From: a virus
Lineage: Duplodnaviria > Heunggongvirae > Uroviricota > Caudoviricetes
Length of the DNA: 64,000 bases
IMG/VR virus record: IMGVR_UViG_3300032007_000002
Direction: 5' to 3' (one strand)
Of the stretch, positions 47,229-55,998 are shown piece after piece (positions within the stretch are counted from its first letter, which is position 1; every line of letters starts with the position of its first letter). The position numbers and the translations under genes are program-made. The notes beneath the pieces were generated by a model. That model saw nothing but the letters and a program-made list of their open reading frames with translations, was not told the origin of the DNA and searched no databases.

Positions 47229-49625
47229 CTAGTGGCAGGCTGCCGAGTTGTACATCTTGGCAAAGTCGGCTGCGGACATCGCGGTCTTGTAATACCGGAA
47301 GCCCCACACACCGCGCATGCCGACGATGCCGTCGTCAGTCCGGTTGCAGAGGAACTTGGTGCTGTCCGTGATGCGCCAGCTGTCGTAGAGGCTGTCCGGG
47401 CCGAGGATGGAAGTATATTCCATCGGGACCTTCTCGCCGTAGCCGTCACGGACCGCGAACGACCAGTTGTCGTCAACGAGCCCGAAGCCGTCGGCAAGAA
47501 TGTTTTCGAGGCTCCGGTTGTAGGCCATCTTGTTCTTGCGAACATTCTCGGAATCCTCGGGATAGATTTCCTCCGGGACCGCATGCGGGATGAACCACGC
47601 ATCGTGCGTAGTGTGCTCGATTGCCTGCCCGTTGGCATCCTTGACAGTATTGCCGTTCCCGTCCAGCTCGACTACGGTAACTTCCTTGTTGTATTCAACG
47701 TCATCGGCAACGGCCGCGCCGGCCTTCTTGAGGTGCATCACATAGTATTCCATGCCGATGCGGAGATTTCCCGTCCCGACATAGCCATACAGGTGCCACC
47801 CGTCGTCGCGACGCTGCCAGAACGCAATAGTAAAACCGTTCGTGTCGGAGCTGGCAGAATATTCGTCGGTCATCTTGACCGTGTAATGCCGTTCGCAGTC
47901 GCAGTACGCGCGGCAGTCCGGGGACACGTCGCCCTCGGTATAGGAACAGTCCTTGCGGATTTCCGTGGTCTCCATGGAGAACTTGCGCTCGTAATTCTCG
48001 TCAACGAGGACGCAGTCATCCAATACCGGATCTCCCGGCGTCCCGGAAATCGCCTTAATCAGCTCGTCGTTCGCGCCGTCGCTAATCCTGTAATCGGTGA
48101 TGATTACCTGGCGTTCGCCGTTCGGCACCACCGACGCGCCACCGCACATGACCTTGACGGTCCTGCGGGCATGATTGAGATAGCAAGACGAGTTGAGGTA
48201 GTAATAGTCGATGTGGAAAATTCCGCCGCACTTGCAGAAGTCGATGTCGGTCTGCACTGTCACCGCACGGCTGAGGTCAACCGTATTCCCGTTGAGTTCA
48301 AAGTCGTTCCCGAGGAACTCCCAGTCGCCACAAGTAACGCGCCAGAGGCCGTCACAGTTCTCGCCAGGTTCGCATACCTGGTTGGTAAGGACAACGAGGT
48401 CGCCCGGCTTAACGGCAACGCCGCACACGGTCTGCGAACCGTTCTTGACGGGGACATCGTCGGAACAGACAACCTTGACGGTCTCGTTCACGCGGACACC
48501 CGGATCGATGAACACGCCGCAGTCAACGGGCAGCGGGGGATTGATTGCAAAGCACGGGTTGGCGCCTTCGCCATACACCGGTTCGCCGAGACCCTGCCAG
48601 TCGTCCTTCCTCACTTCCCAGAGACCGTCGGTACCGTCGAACTGCGCGGCAAGCCACACGATGTCGCCCTCGCGGAGGGAGACGCCATCAAGCGTCATCT
48701 CGCCCTTGCGGTAGTCGAGGCGGGTATTGTAAATCAGGCGGACGTAGTAATACTTGATATTTTCGCACGGGCAGTCATAGCTGATGTCCTTCACATAGAT
48801 TTCACTCCCGAAGCCGTCACCGGCGCCGGTAGAAACGTCATTGTTCGCGGTCCCTACTTCGGACGTAGTAAGGGAAATCGGGCTCGCGAACCAGCAGTTT
48901 CCCTCGCCAACGTAATCGCTGTTGCCTGTTGTCGGCTTGTTGTCCTCATCGAACTTATACCTGATTAGGGACAGGTTTCTTGTCGTCGAGGAATTTTCGA
49001 GTAGCGTCGCATTGGCGCAAGTATCGCCATACCCGAGGTAGATTGAGTAGGTGGCGCATGCCTCGTCGTTGCCGAACTTGTCCGGCGTAAGGATGATGGT
49101 TGCAGTCTGGTCTGCAGTCGAGCACGCCTCGTCGGAAAGCCCTTCGTACTGGATGTCTTCCGGCGCGATGCGGATGCAATTCCCGTCCGCATACAAAAAG
49201 ACGGCAAGGTTCGCGACGTTCGCCTCCGTCAGATTGTGACAGTGGAGCACGACCTCGGCAACCTCGCCTACGCGGCTTGCAAGATTTTCGATGTGGTGGA
49301 TTTCCGGGAGGCACTGCGCACCCGTAGTGCCGAACACGCGGAACTTGGGAAGCGCACGCATGCGCTGGCCGTTGATTGCGATATACTCAATCAGGACTTC
49401 GAGGTCGAACGCGACATTCGGGTCCGGCATTTCGGCACCACCGAGATACCGGAGTTCCCAGACCCCCTCGCTGACATTGGCCAGCTCGAAAAGATCCGTC
49501 TCGGTGTCGAGTTCGGCTTCGAGGATTTCCCTCACCTGTTCTTCGTCAGGGACGATTACTCCGATTGCGAGCGGGGTATTTCCGTCCGCCTTGAAAACTG
49601 TGCTGGTGAGGGTGAACTTTTCCAT
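47229..49625 (-). CDS. Cys-rich virion structural protein (fibre/decoration-like)
   Basis: Two copies of DGV..GD.V.L..Q....DGLW, as in phage fibre proteins. Confidence 0.6.
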   Translation of the reverse strand: MEKFTLTSTVFKADGNTPLAIGVIVPDEEQVREILEAELDTETDLFELANVSEGVWELRYLGGAEMPDPNVAFDLEVLIEYIAINGQRMRALPKFRVFGTTGAQCLPEIHHIENLASRVGEVAEVVLHCHNLTEANVANLAVFLYADGNCIRIAPEDIQYEGLSDEACSTADQTATIILTPDKFGNDEACATYSIYLGYGDTCANATLLENSSTTRNLSLIRYKFDEDNKPTTGNSDYVGEGNCWFASPISLTTSEVGTANNDVSTGAGDGFGSEIYVKDISYDCPCENIKYYYVRLIYNTRLDYRKGEMTLDGVSLREGDIVWLAAQFDGTDGLWEVRKDDWQGLGEPVYGEGANPCFAINPPLPVDCGVFIDPGVRVNETVKVVCSDDVPVKNGSQTVCGVAVKPGDLVVLTNQVCEPGENCDGLWRVTCGDWEFLGNDFELNGNTVDLSRAVTVQTDIDFCKCGGIFHIDYYYLNSSCYLNHARRTVKVMCGGASVVPNGERQVIITDYRISDGANDELIKAISGTPGDPVLDDCVLVDENYERKFSMETTEIRKDCSYTEGDVSPDCRAYCDCERHYTVKMTDEYSASSDTNGFTIAFWQRRDDGWHLYGYVGTGNLRIGMEYYVMHLKKAGAAVADDVEYNKEVTVVELDGNGNTVKDANGQAIEHTTHDAWFIPHAVPEEIYPEDSENVRKNKMAYNRSLENILADGFGLVDDNWSFAVRDGYGEKVPMEYTSILGPDSLYDSWRITDSTKFLCNRTDDGIVGMRGVWGFRYYKTAMSAADFAKMYNSAACH

Positions 49626-49626
49626 G

Positions 49627-50334
49627 TTACTGTGCCGGCTGCTGCGCTTGCGGTTGTGGTTGCTGTTGCTGCGGCTTGTTCTGCATCAACGTAAGTTTAC
49701 TGGAATACTTTTCGATTGCGTCAGCCAAAGCCTGGCCCGCGACACGGTAGCCTTCAACATACTTCGGGTTACTGACATACATTTCGGGAATCCAGAGCTC
49801 TGGCTTGCGCATGCTGGTCACGACCTGGGAAATCATCCAGCGGAACTTGTCGATTGTGTCGAGCATCGGCTTGGCCGACATCATGGCGTCATCCGACTTG
49901 AGGATGTCGATCATCTGGTCGAGCTGCTTCTTGTTCGCCTGAGCCTCTTCGGTCGTCATGTTGAACTTGGCGCAGTCGTTGTCCTGGTCATACTGGGCCT
50001 TCAGGCTGTCCATGTATGCCTGGCGCTGGCGATATGCTTCCTGTTCGTTGGCGGCACCCTGGTTCAGGTGATAGCCGGCCGCCTGTGCCTGCTGCTGGTA
50101 TTGGTAGTATGCCTCGGTCCCAAATTCAGGAACCGGGCCCAGTGGCTGGGCAGCCTGTGCAGCAAACCCCGGAATGGCCTGGGGTGCAGGTTGGACCTGC
50201 GGTGCCGGTTGGGGCTGCGGCTGATAGACCGGCTGTGCCGGTTGGGGCTGGATGAAAGCGGACTGTTGAGCCTGCTGTGTGCGGGCAGTAGGGGCGAAAG
50301 CGCCCGGGCGATGAGCAAATGCTTTTGAAGCCAT
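49627..50334 (-). CDS. Hypothetical Gln/Pro/Ala-rich protein
   Basis: GAGG RBS; AAACCTAGTTT motif upstream. Confidence 0.7.
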   Translation of the reverse strand: MASKAFAHRPGAFAPTARTQQAQQSAFIQPQPAQPVYQPQPQPAPQVQPAPQAIPGFAAQAAQPLGPVPEFGTEAYYQYQQQAQAAGYHLNQGAANEQEAYRQRQAYMDSLKAQYDQDNDCAKFNMTTEEAQANKKQLDQMIDILKSDDAMMSAKPMLDTIDKFRWMISQVVTSMRKPELWIPEMYVSNPKYVEGYRVAGQALADAIEKYSSKLTLMQNKPQQQQPQPQAQQPAQ

Positions 50335-50377
50335 GGTTTACCTCGTCTTTACGGCGTGAAACTAGGTTTCACCGCGA

Positions 50378-51223
50378 TTAGACGAACCCCATGCTACCCA
50401 AGCTGCCCATCTGGGAGATTGCGCTTGCGACGTCCGGGTCGATGCCGTGCGGCATGGTGTCCGCGGCTTCGCCGAGACCGTAGGAAACGTTCGGGGTATG
50501 GAGGTCATACTTCATCGGGCTCGCCTTGGCTCCGCGGGAATATTCAATCGGCGCGTTCTCGCGGGACGGATATTTCGGGTTGTCGAGCTCGAAGGCGTGG
50601 TCGATGTCGTTGAGGGCGCTGTTGACCTTGTCCATGTCAAGATCGCCGTTTGCTTCCGGGTCAACGTCCATCATGTACGTACCGCTCTTCCCATGCAGGA
50701 AGTCTGAAATGGCCTCGGAAGTGATTTCGCGGATGTCGAAGTTGATGAAGTGGTTCATCACGGCATCGACGACTTCCGGGCGCATGCCCTGGACGGACTT
50801 GTAGATGAAGTTCTTCTTCTGCTGGTCGTTGAGTTCCTGCTTTACGTGCTCGCGCTCGGCATAGGCCTTCTTCAAGTTGATGTTGCACTGGGCAAGCTCC
50901 GCCTTCAAGCGCTTCGTGTCCTCGGAAACCGGGATGCCGGCGCTTTCGAGAAGGGCGGCCATGTCATGGACCAGCTTATACATCTTGTCGGTAAGGGCAT
51001 TGCCGCGCATGGTGTCCACGCTCTCGGTAATGGCCTGGTCAATCTTGCTCTCGGCCTTCGCGGATATGCTCTCGATAAGGGCGTTCAGCTTCTTGCCGGA
51101 CTTCTTGCGTTCGGACTCTATGGCGGCATTCATCTCCGCGGCGAACGCGGCTTCCAGCTTGGGCCCCACGGACTCGGGGAGCTTCGACATTTCTTCTTCT
51201 GTAAGTATGTCCTTCAATACCAT
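50378..51223 (-). CDS. Prohead core scaffolding protein (T4 gp22-like)
   Basis: Follows the protease; coiled coil with many (I/L)ES sites. Confidence 0.65.
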   Translation of the reverse strand: MVLKDILTEEEMSKLPESVGPKLEAAFAAEMNAAIESERKKSGKKLNALIESISAKAESKIDQAITESVDTMRGNALTDKMYKLVHDMAALLESAGIPVSEDTKRLKAELAQCNINLKKAYAEREHVKQELNDQQKKNFIYKSVQGMRPEVVDAVMNHFINFDIREITSEAISDFLHGKSGTYMMDVDPEANGDLDMDKVNSALNDIDHAFELDNPKYPSRENAPIEYSRGAKASPMKYDLHTPNVSYGLGEAADTMPHGIDPDVASAISQMGSLGSMGFV

Positions 51224-51237
51224 TTCGGATTACCACC

Positions 51238-51984
51238 TTATCGAGCGCTCAAGGCTTCAATCAGCACGTTCTTGTCGAACGTATTGAAACCGGTGCGGAG
51301 TTTGTAGTTCTTGCAGAATTCCCTGCGGAAGTTTCTTGCACAGTCAACGGATTCCAGGAGAACCTGCTTGTCGCTCTGCATTGCGGCAACGGACTCCATG
51401 TAGGAATCGAAGATTGCCGCTTCGCCATAGGACGGGTTGCCCACGACGTCCACAGTGACGAGCGTATAGTCGTCGTTGACCTCGACCGGCCCGTCCTTCT
51501 TCTTGGGGTCGATGAGGTGGGCAGTCCCTGTGCCGCGGATAGAATAGCCCGGATGGTAGCCGGTACGGAGAAGGCCAGCAAGGCAGTCGCCAGCGGGCGT
51601 CCCTTCCGCGACGACCATTCGGCAAATCAGGTTCGGCCCTTCGAAATGGAGGTCCTCGATGACCGCGCAGGTCTTCCAGAGGTTCATCTCCATGATCGAG
51701 TAGTCGATAGGAATATTCTTCTTGTTGAGACGCGGGTGGTTCAACTCGGCGGCAAGACGCCCATACGGCACCTTGGTGCGGACGAGATATTCGACCTCGC
51801 GCTTGATAATCGGCAACGGGTACTTTCTGCCGTTGATGCCGATAGTATCACACACCAAACAGACACCATTGAGGATGATGCGCTTGCGGGGCTTACCGTC
51901 AAGGCCAATGCGGGAAAGCTCCTGCACCGTAACCGGGCGGTCAAGCGACTCGACAAAGTTCGTTGGTTTCAAAATCTGAGGCAT
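51238..51984 (-). CDS. Prohead core protease (T4 gp21-like)
   Basis: NGRKYP, ELNHP, GYSIRGTG, DVVGNPS. Confidence 0.92.
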   Translation of the reverse strand: MPQILKPTNFVESLDRPVTVQELSRIGLDGKPRKRIILNGVCLVCDTIGINGRKYPLPIIKREVEYLVRTKVPYGRLAAELNHPRLNKKNIPIDYSIMEMNLWKTCAVIEDLHFEGPNLICRMVVAEGTPAGDCLAGLLRTGYHPGYSIRGTGTAHLIDPKKKDGPVEVNDDYTLVTVDVVGNPSYGEAAIFDSYMESVAAMQSDKQVLLESVDCARNFRREFCKNYKLRTGFNTFDKNVLIEALSAR

Positions 51985-52022
51985 CTTTCTGTCCGTTCAG
52001 GATTCGCCTGATAGTTTAGAAA

Positions 52023-52454
52023 CTAGGTTTCCGAATTTCCGCCCAGCATCGAGCAAAAGCCGTCGATTGCGTCGTCCGACGGGTTGTCTATGATGCCGTC
52101 GGCATCCGGGGTGTCGATTTCGGCAGTACCGAGGCCATCATCCACGGGAGCGACGGGTGCCGGCTCGGACGGGAGCCCGGGAGCGCTGTCGTTGAGTTTC
52201 TCGCTGCGGAAGATGTTTTCCAGCTCTTCCTCGCCGGGCTGCTTGCCCGGATCGACGTTGGCGTTATTGGCCACGTCGTGAATATCCGAGGCCGGGCGCT
52301 TGTATGAATTTGTGCCGACCTGGTCATGCAGGCGTCTCACGGCCTCATCGGAAGCCGACTCGAACTTGATGCGCTGTGCGTCGAGGACGAGACTGGCTAT
52401 TTTCGGCGACTCGGAAGCCGCCTCGATAAAGATGTCGAAACTTGAACGGGCCAT
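52023..52454 (-). CDS. Hypothetical acidic late protein
   Basis: Palindromic late motif upstream. Confidence 0.7.
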   Translation of the reverse strand: MARSSFDIFIEAASESPKIASLVLDAQRIKFESASDEAVRRLHDQVGTNSYKRPASDIHDVANNANVDPGKQPGEEELENIFRSEKLNDSAPGLPSEPAPVAPVDDGLGTAEIDTPDADGIIDNPSDDAIDGFCSMLGGNSET

Positions 52455-52478
52455 GGTTTACCTTTTCGTTTGCACCCA

Positions 52479-52492
52479 TAGTTTATAAACTA
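52479..52492. promoter_or_regulatory. Palindromic bidirectional late promoter TAGTTTATAAACTA
   Basis: Perfect palindrome between divergent head-region genes. Confidence 0.7.
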
Positions 52493-52515
52493 CGTGCGGA
52501 ACAAGGAGTTAAATC

Positions 52516-52686
52516 ATGGACCACAAGACCCAGAAAAGGCTCATTACCGCCATCCTCAACGACGACGACAATGCCGTCCGCGAGATTGTTGACGTCTGTG
52601 TCGAGTCCGCATACAAGACCGCCGTCGCGAAAGCAGACCAGGCGTTCTTCGAGTCTATCGGCACCAGCGCCGCGCAGCCCATGTAA
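52516..52686 (+). CDS. Small prohead-core-like protein (56 aa)
   Basis: AAGGAG RBS; MDHKTQKRLITAILNDD...AFFESIG; absent from the ORF track because it is under 60 aa. Confidence 0.65.
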   Translation: MDHKTQKRLITAILNDDDNAVREIVDVCVESAYKTAVAKADQAFFESIGTSAAQPM

Positions 52687-52748
52687 ACCGGGCTTTTCGG
52701 CCTCCCACTTCTAAACTATTCACATCAAACACCAAAGTGGTTACGCAA

Positions 52749-53459
52749 ATGGCTATACCTGAACTCCCAATGTATGAAATGCCGACCGAAAGCGAGGTGT
52801 TCGCAATGATGGAAGCTGCCAAGAAAAAGGAATCCGAAGCAGCCAACACGAACAACGAACACCTTACCGATCCGTTCTGGTTCCCCGGCCAAAAGAAACT
52901 TGGCAGCGGCCCCTATACCGTGAACTCCATGCAGGGAGCGGTAAAGGTCCCGAAGGCCAACCTCCAAGGCAAGAATTACAACATCTTCCATGAAGATGCG
53001 CTCACCGACTGGCAGACAATCCTCCGCCGTCTCAAGGACAAGGCCAAGACTGTCAAGACCGGCTCCCCGAAGACCGATCCGTTCGGCACCGTCACCGTCG
53101 AAATCGGCGGCAAGACCGTTTCTGCGGCAAAGGTCGCCGAACAGTTGAAGGCTCTCCGCAAGACTTCCGTCACCGACAAGTCCGGCAAGACCGAGACGAC
53201 TACCGAAGAACTCGGCGTCCCGCTCAAGACCCAGGGCAAGACCAACACGCTCCCCGACAAGAGCGGCGCGGTAAAGGTGAAGGAACCCGGCAAGGAATGG
53301 GGCAACAACAAGGAAAAGAAGCTCGACTTCTTCGACCAGAAGAACGTGAAGACCTATACCAACGACGGGAAGGTAGTCACGGGCGAGTTCCCGGCAAACA
53401 AGCCGGTAAAGCTCCATGACAACAGCGGAGCGGTCAAAGTCCCGAAAGCAAAACTCTAA
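52749..53459 (+). CDS. Lys/Thr-rich late protein with GAVKV repeats
   Basis: Late motif at 52712; three GAVKV(P/K) repeats. Confidence 0.7.
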   Translation: MAIPELPMYEMPTESEVFAMMEAAKKKESEAANTNNEHLTDPFWFPGQKKLGSGPYTVNSMQGAVKVPKANLQGKNYNIFHEDALTDWQTILRRLKDKAKTVKTGSPKTDPFGTVTVEIGGKTVSAAKVAEQLKALRKTSVTDKSGKTETTTEELGVPLKTQGKTNTLPDKSGAVKVKEPGKEWGNNKEKKLDFFDQKNVKTYTNDGKVVTGEFPANKPVKLHDNSGAVKVPKAKL

Positions 53460-53474
53460 TCGGCTGGAGGGGCT

Positions 53475-54149
53475 ATGCCGGTAACAGATACCCGCAGCAG
53501 GCCACTTGCCAGAAACCCGATGCTAGTGCACCAGGGGTTCTGGCGCATATTCATCGGCCCGCTTCCCGTGTCATACAAGGAAACCCGCAAGTCCCCCACC
53601 GACCCGTACACCTCCCCGGCAGCAGAATCGGTCAACGCGAACATCAAGAAGTTCGTGGCCCCGGGTCTCTCGCTCCATTACCAGAAGGAGCACCACTACC
53701 TGTTCAGCACGCGCATACCGGTCACCGAGAACAACCAGTTCGACAAGGTGCTCACCGTGAACATGTTCTGTGACAACAGGTACGAGAACTACTGGGCAAT
53801 CGACCGGTATTGCCGGACGGTCCAGGGAGGGCAGATTGGCGGCAATCCTATCAAGGACGTGAACCACAGGGTGTATAGCTTCGACAAGCGATACCGCAAC
53901 CGCCTTACCTGGATCCCCTTCGTGGAAATCCACGCCGCGGACGACGTGGCGCAGGAATACATGATATGGCGCTACGAGCGCTGCCGCATCACGGAGCTCA
54001 GCGACATCGACATCACGCCGGGCAACCTCGACGTGGCGACGTTCACAGTCTCGATGCAGTATGAAGACCGGAGGCTCATCAGGCTCCCGGAACCGAACGA
54101 ACTCATGACCGCGATATGCGTGTCAAACGGAACTGACAGGTACACATAA
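53475..54149 (+). CDS. Tail tube-fold protein (gp19/gp3-like)
   Basis: APGLSL...FDKVLTVNMFCD...YERCRITELSDI...ATFTVSMQY. Confidence 0.55.
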   Translation: MPVTDTRSRPLARNPMLVHQGFWRIFIGPLPVSYKETRKSPTDPYTSPAAESVNANIKKFVAPGLSLHYQKEHHYLFSTRIPVTENNQFDKVLTVNMFCDNRYENYWAIDRYCRTVQGGQIGGNPIKDVNHRVYSFDKRYRNRLTWIPFVEIHAADDVAQEYMIWRYERCRITELSDIDITPGNLDVATFTVSMQYEDRRLIRLPEPNELMTAICVSNGTDRYT

Positions 54150-55468
54150 TGGCGGATAGAGGCCCACAGACCAATTCAGCAACCGGCAGCACCGGTGGAA
54201 GCGCGGCATACGCAGCGTCACAGGCCGCTACGCAGTCTGCCAATGCGCAGACGCTCAACTCCTACCGTCCGTTCCACGAACATTACTTCGCCGCGTTCTA
54301 CAAGTATGCACGCGGCCACATCCTCAACCGCTACAACGTAAGCCTGCAGGGCCCGTATGTCGAGGAGGCCCTCCGCGTGATGGACCTCAACACGAACATC
54401 GACCGCAACACCAAGGCAAAGAAGCTGGCCCACGGCCAGTTCCCGTTCAAGCACGAAGCCTTCAAGGCATGGCTCGACCTGCACTACGACTCGAGGAACC
54501 ACCTTCTCAACATGCTCTGGGTAAGCCAGGACGTTGACATCGGGCAGGCGAAGGCCAAGATAGACAATTTCACAATCGACTCGATCAAGAACTCCATGCC
54601 ATACCCGCTCATCACGAAGTATGAGGGGCCGGGCGTCCTGAAACTGAAAGTCATCGACGACCCGTATTTCATGTGGTATCAGTTCTTCAATGCGCTCTTC
54701 AACGTCCAGTTCTCCACGCGAGTGCTGAAAGCACGCAGCACCTTCCAGAAAATCCTGGTGTGCGTTGACGTCTATGGCGAAATGACCACCGCGATAGGTC
54801 CGGCGGAAAACGAAATGCAGCGGACCAACAAGGTCTATTACACATCGGACGACCTCGCCCAGGCGTTCGAGTTCAATTCCTGCGTCCTCGAAGCCGCGCC
54901 GAAGATGGGAACCCTCAAGAACCAGGAAAGCGGCGACTTCTACCAGTTCGACATTTCGTTCAAATACCCGAACACCTTCCAGGGTACGTCGAAGTGCGAG
55001 CTTCGCGGTCTGCGCGACAACACCATCGAGGGAAGCCTCGCCGTGGGCGTACAGGGCGTGGAGGAAGACGTGGGCTGCTTCAACCGTTCCTTCTTCGAGG
55101 AAAGCCGCCCGAACCGCAAGACGAACATCAACACGAAGGACGAGAACTCCTCGCTCAACGCGATTAGCCATACGTACTACGACAAGTCGTTCAAGGAAAA
55201 GCTGCTCCCGGCGTTCGGCAAGTTGCCGGCACAGCTGCAGCAATACCCGGAGAAACTCCCGAGCGGGCAGCCTGTCAAGAACAGCAAGCCGCAGGACGAC
55301 TCCAAGAACCCGCAGACGGACTGGCAGAAGAAGGCCCGGGACGCTTTCCCGGAATACCAGGTGGAAGACTGGGATCCGAAACGCCGCGACCCGAAGGTCT
55401 ATGCGCCGGGCAAGGCGCCCGTTACGCAGAACTCAGCCAGCCAGTGGGCGGGCGTCCCATATCCCTAA
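54149..55468 (+). CDS. Baseplate/tail tube initiator-like protein
   Basis: Coupled to the tube-fold gene; FDISFKY strand. Confidence 0.45.
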   Translation: MADRGPQTNSATGSTGGSAAYAASQAATQSANAQTLNSYRPFHEHYFAAFYKYARGHILNRYNVSLQGPYVEEALRVMDLNTNIDRNTKAKKLAHGQFPFKHEAFKAWLDLHYDSRNHLLNMLWVSQDVDIGQAKAKIDNFTIDSIKNSMPYPLITKYEGPGVLKLKVIDDPYFMWYQFFNALFNVQFSTRVLKARSTFQKILVCVDVYGEMTTAIGPAENEMQRTNKVYYTSDDLAQAFEFNSCVLEAAPKMGTLKNQESGDFYQFDISFKYPNTFQGTSKCELRGLRDNTIEGSLAVGVQGVEEDVGCFNRSFFEESRPNRKTNINTKDENSSLNAISHTYYDKSFKEKLLPAFGKLPAQLQQYPEKLPSGQPVKNSKPQDDSKNPQTDWQKKARDAFPEYQVEDWDPKRRDPKVYAPGKAPVTQNSASQWAGVPYP

Positions 55469-55998
55469 ATAATCGTAGATTGCTTGAAGAGGTCGCCCAT
55501 GTTGGCCTCGGTCGCAACGAGCCAGTTGACTCCTTGCGCCTTGCACCACAGCATAGCGGCTTCCCATTTGGCCTGGTTCACCAGAACATCCATGTTCTTA
55601 CGGTCGAACGCGGCCATTTTCTTTTGGAACCGGGCCATCTTCTTGGGATCGGTAAGTCCACCCTTCGGAGGAGTTGGCGGTTTCGCTATGGTCGCATAGC
55701 TGTCCGGCTTAATCTCTATCAGATACCGGTCAACGAAACCGTCCTGATACTTGCACTCCAAATAGATGTCCGGCTTGTAAATCGACTGCCTCATATACAG
55801 AGGGGAGTAGTAGGAAATCCCGAACGGTTCGTAGCCCCACAGGGTCACGAAAGGGTTTACGTCACAGAGTATGAAGAACTTCTCCTCCCATGAAGACTTG
55901 AACACGGGAGGATCGATGTCGGGCATATACTTCTGCGGATTGCGCAGCTTGTATTCGCCCTTCTTGCAGTCGGTGTAGTAATTATGCTGTGACGACAC
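55465..55998 (-). CDS. Head completion nuclease (T4 gp4/TnsA-like)
   Basis: NPQKY, KSSWEEKF, YKPDI, LIEIKP, NQAKWEAA. Confidence 0.9.
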   Translation of the reverse strand: MSSQHNYYTDCKKGEYKLRNPQKYMPDIDPPVFKSSWEEKFFILCDVNPFVTLWGYEPFGISYYSPLYMRQSIYKPDIYLECKYQDGFVDRYLIEIKPDSYATIAKPPTPPKGGLTDPKKMARFQKKMAAFDRKNMDVLVNQAKWEAAMLWCKAQGVNWLVATEANMGDLFKQSTII

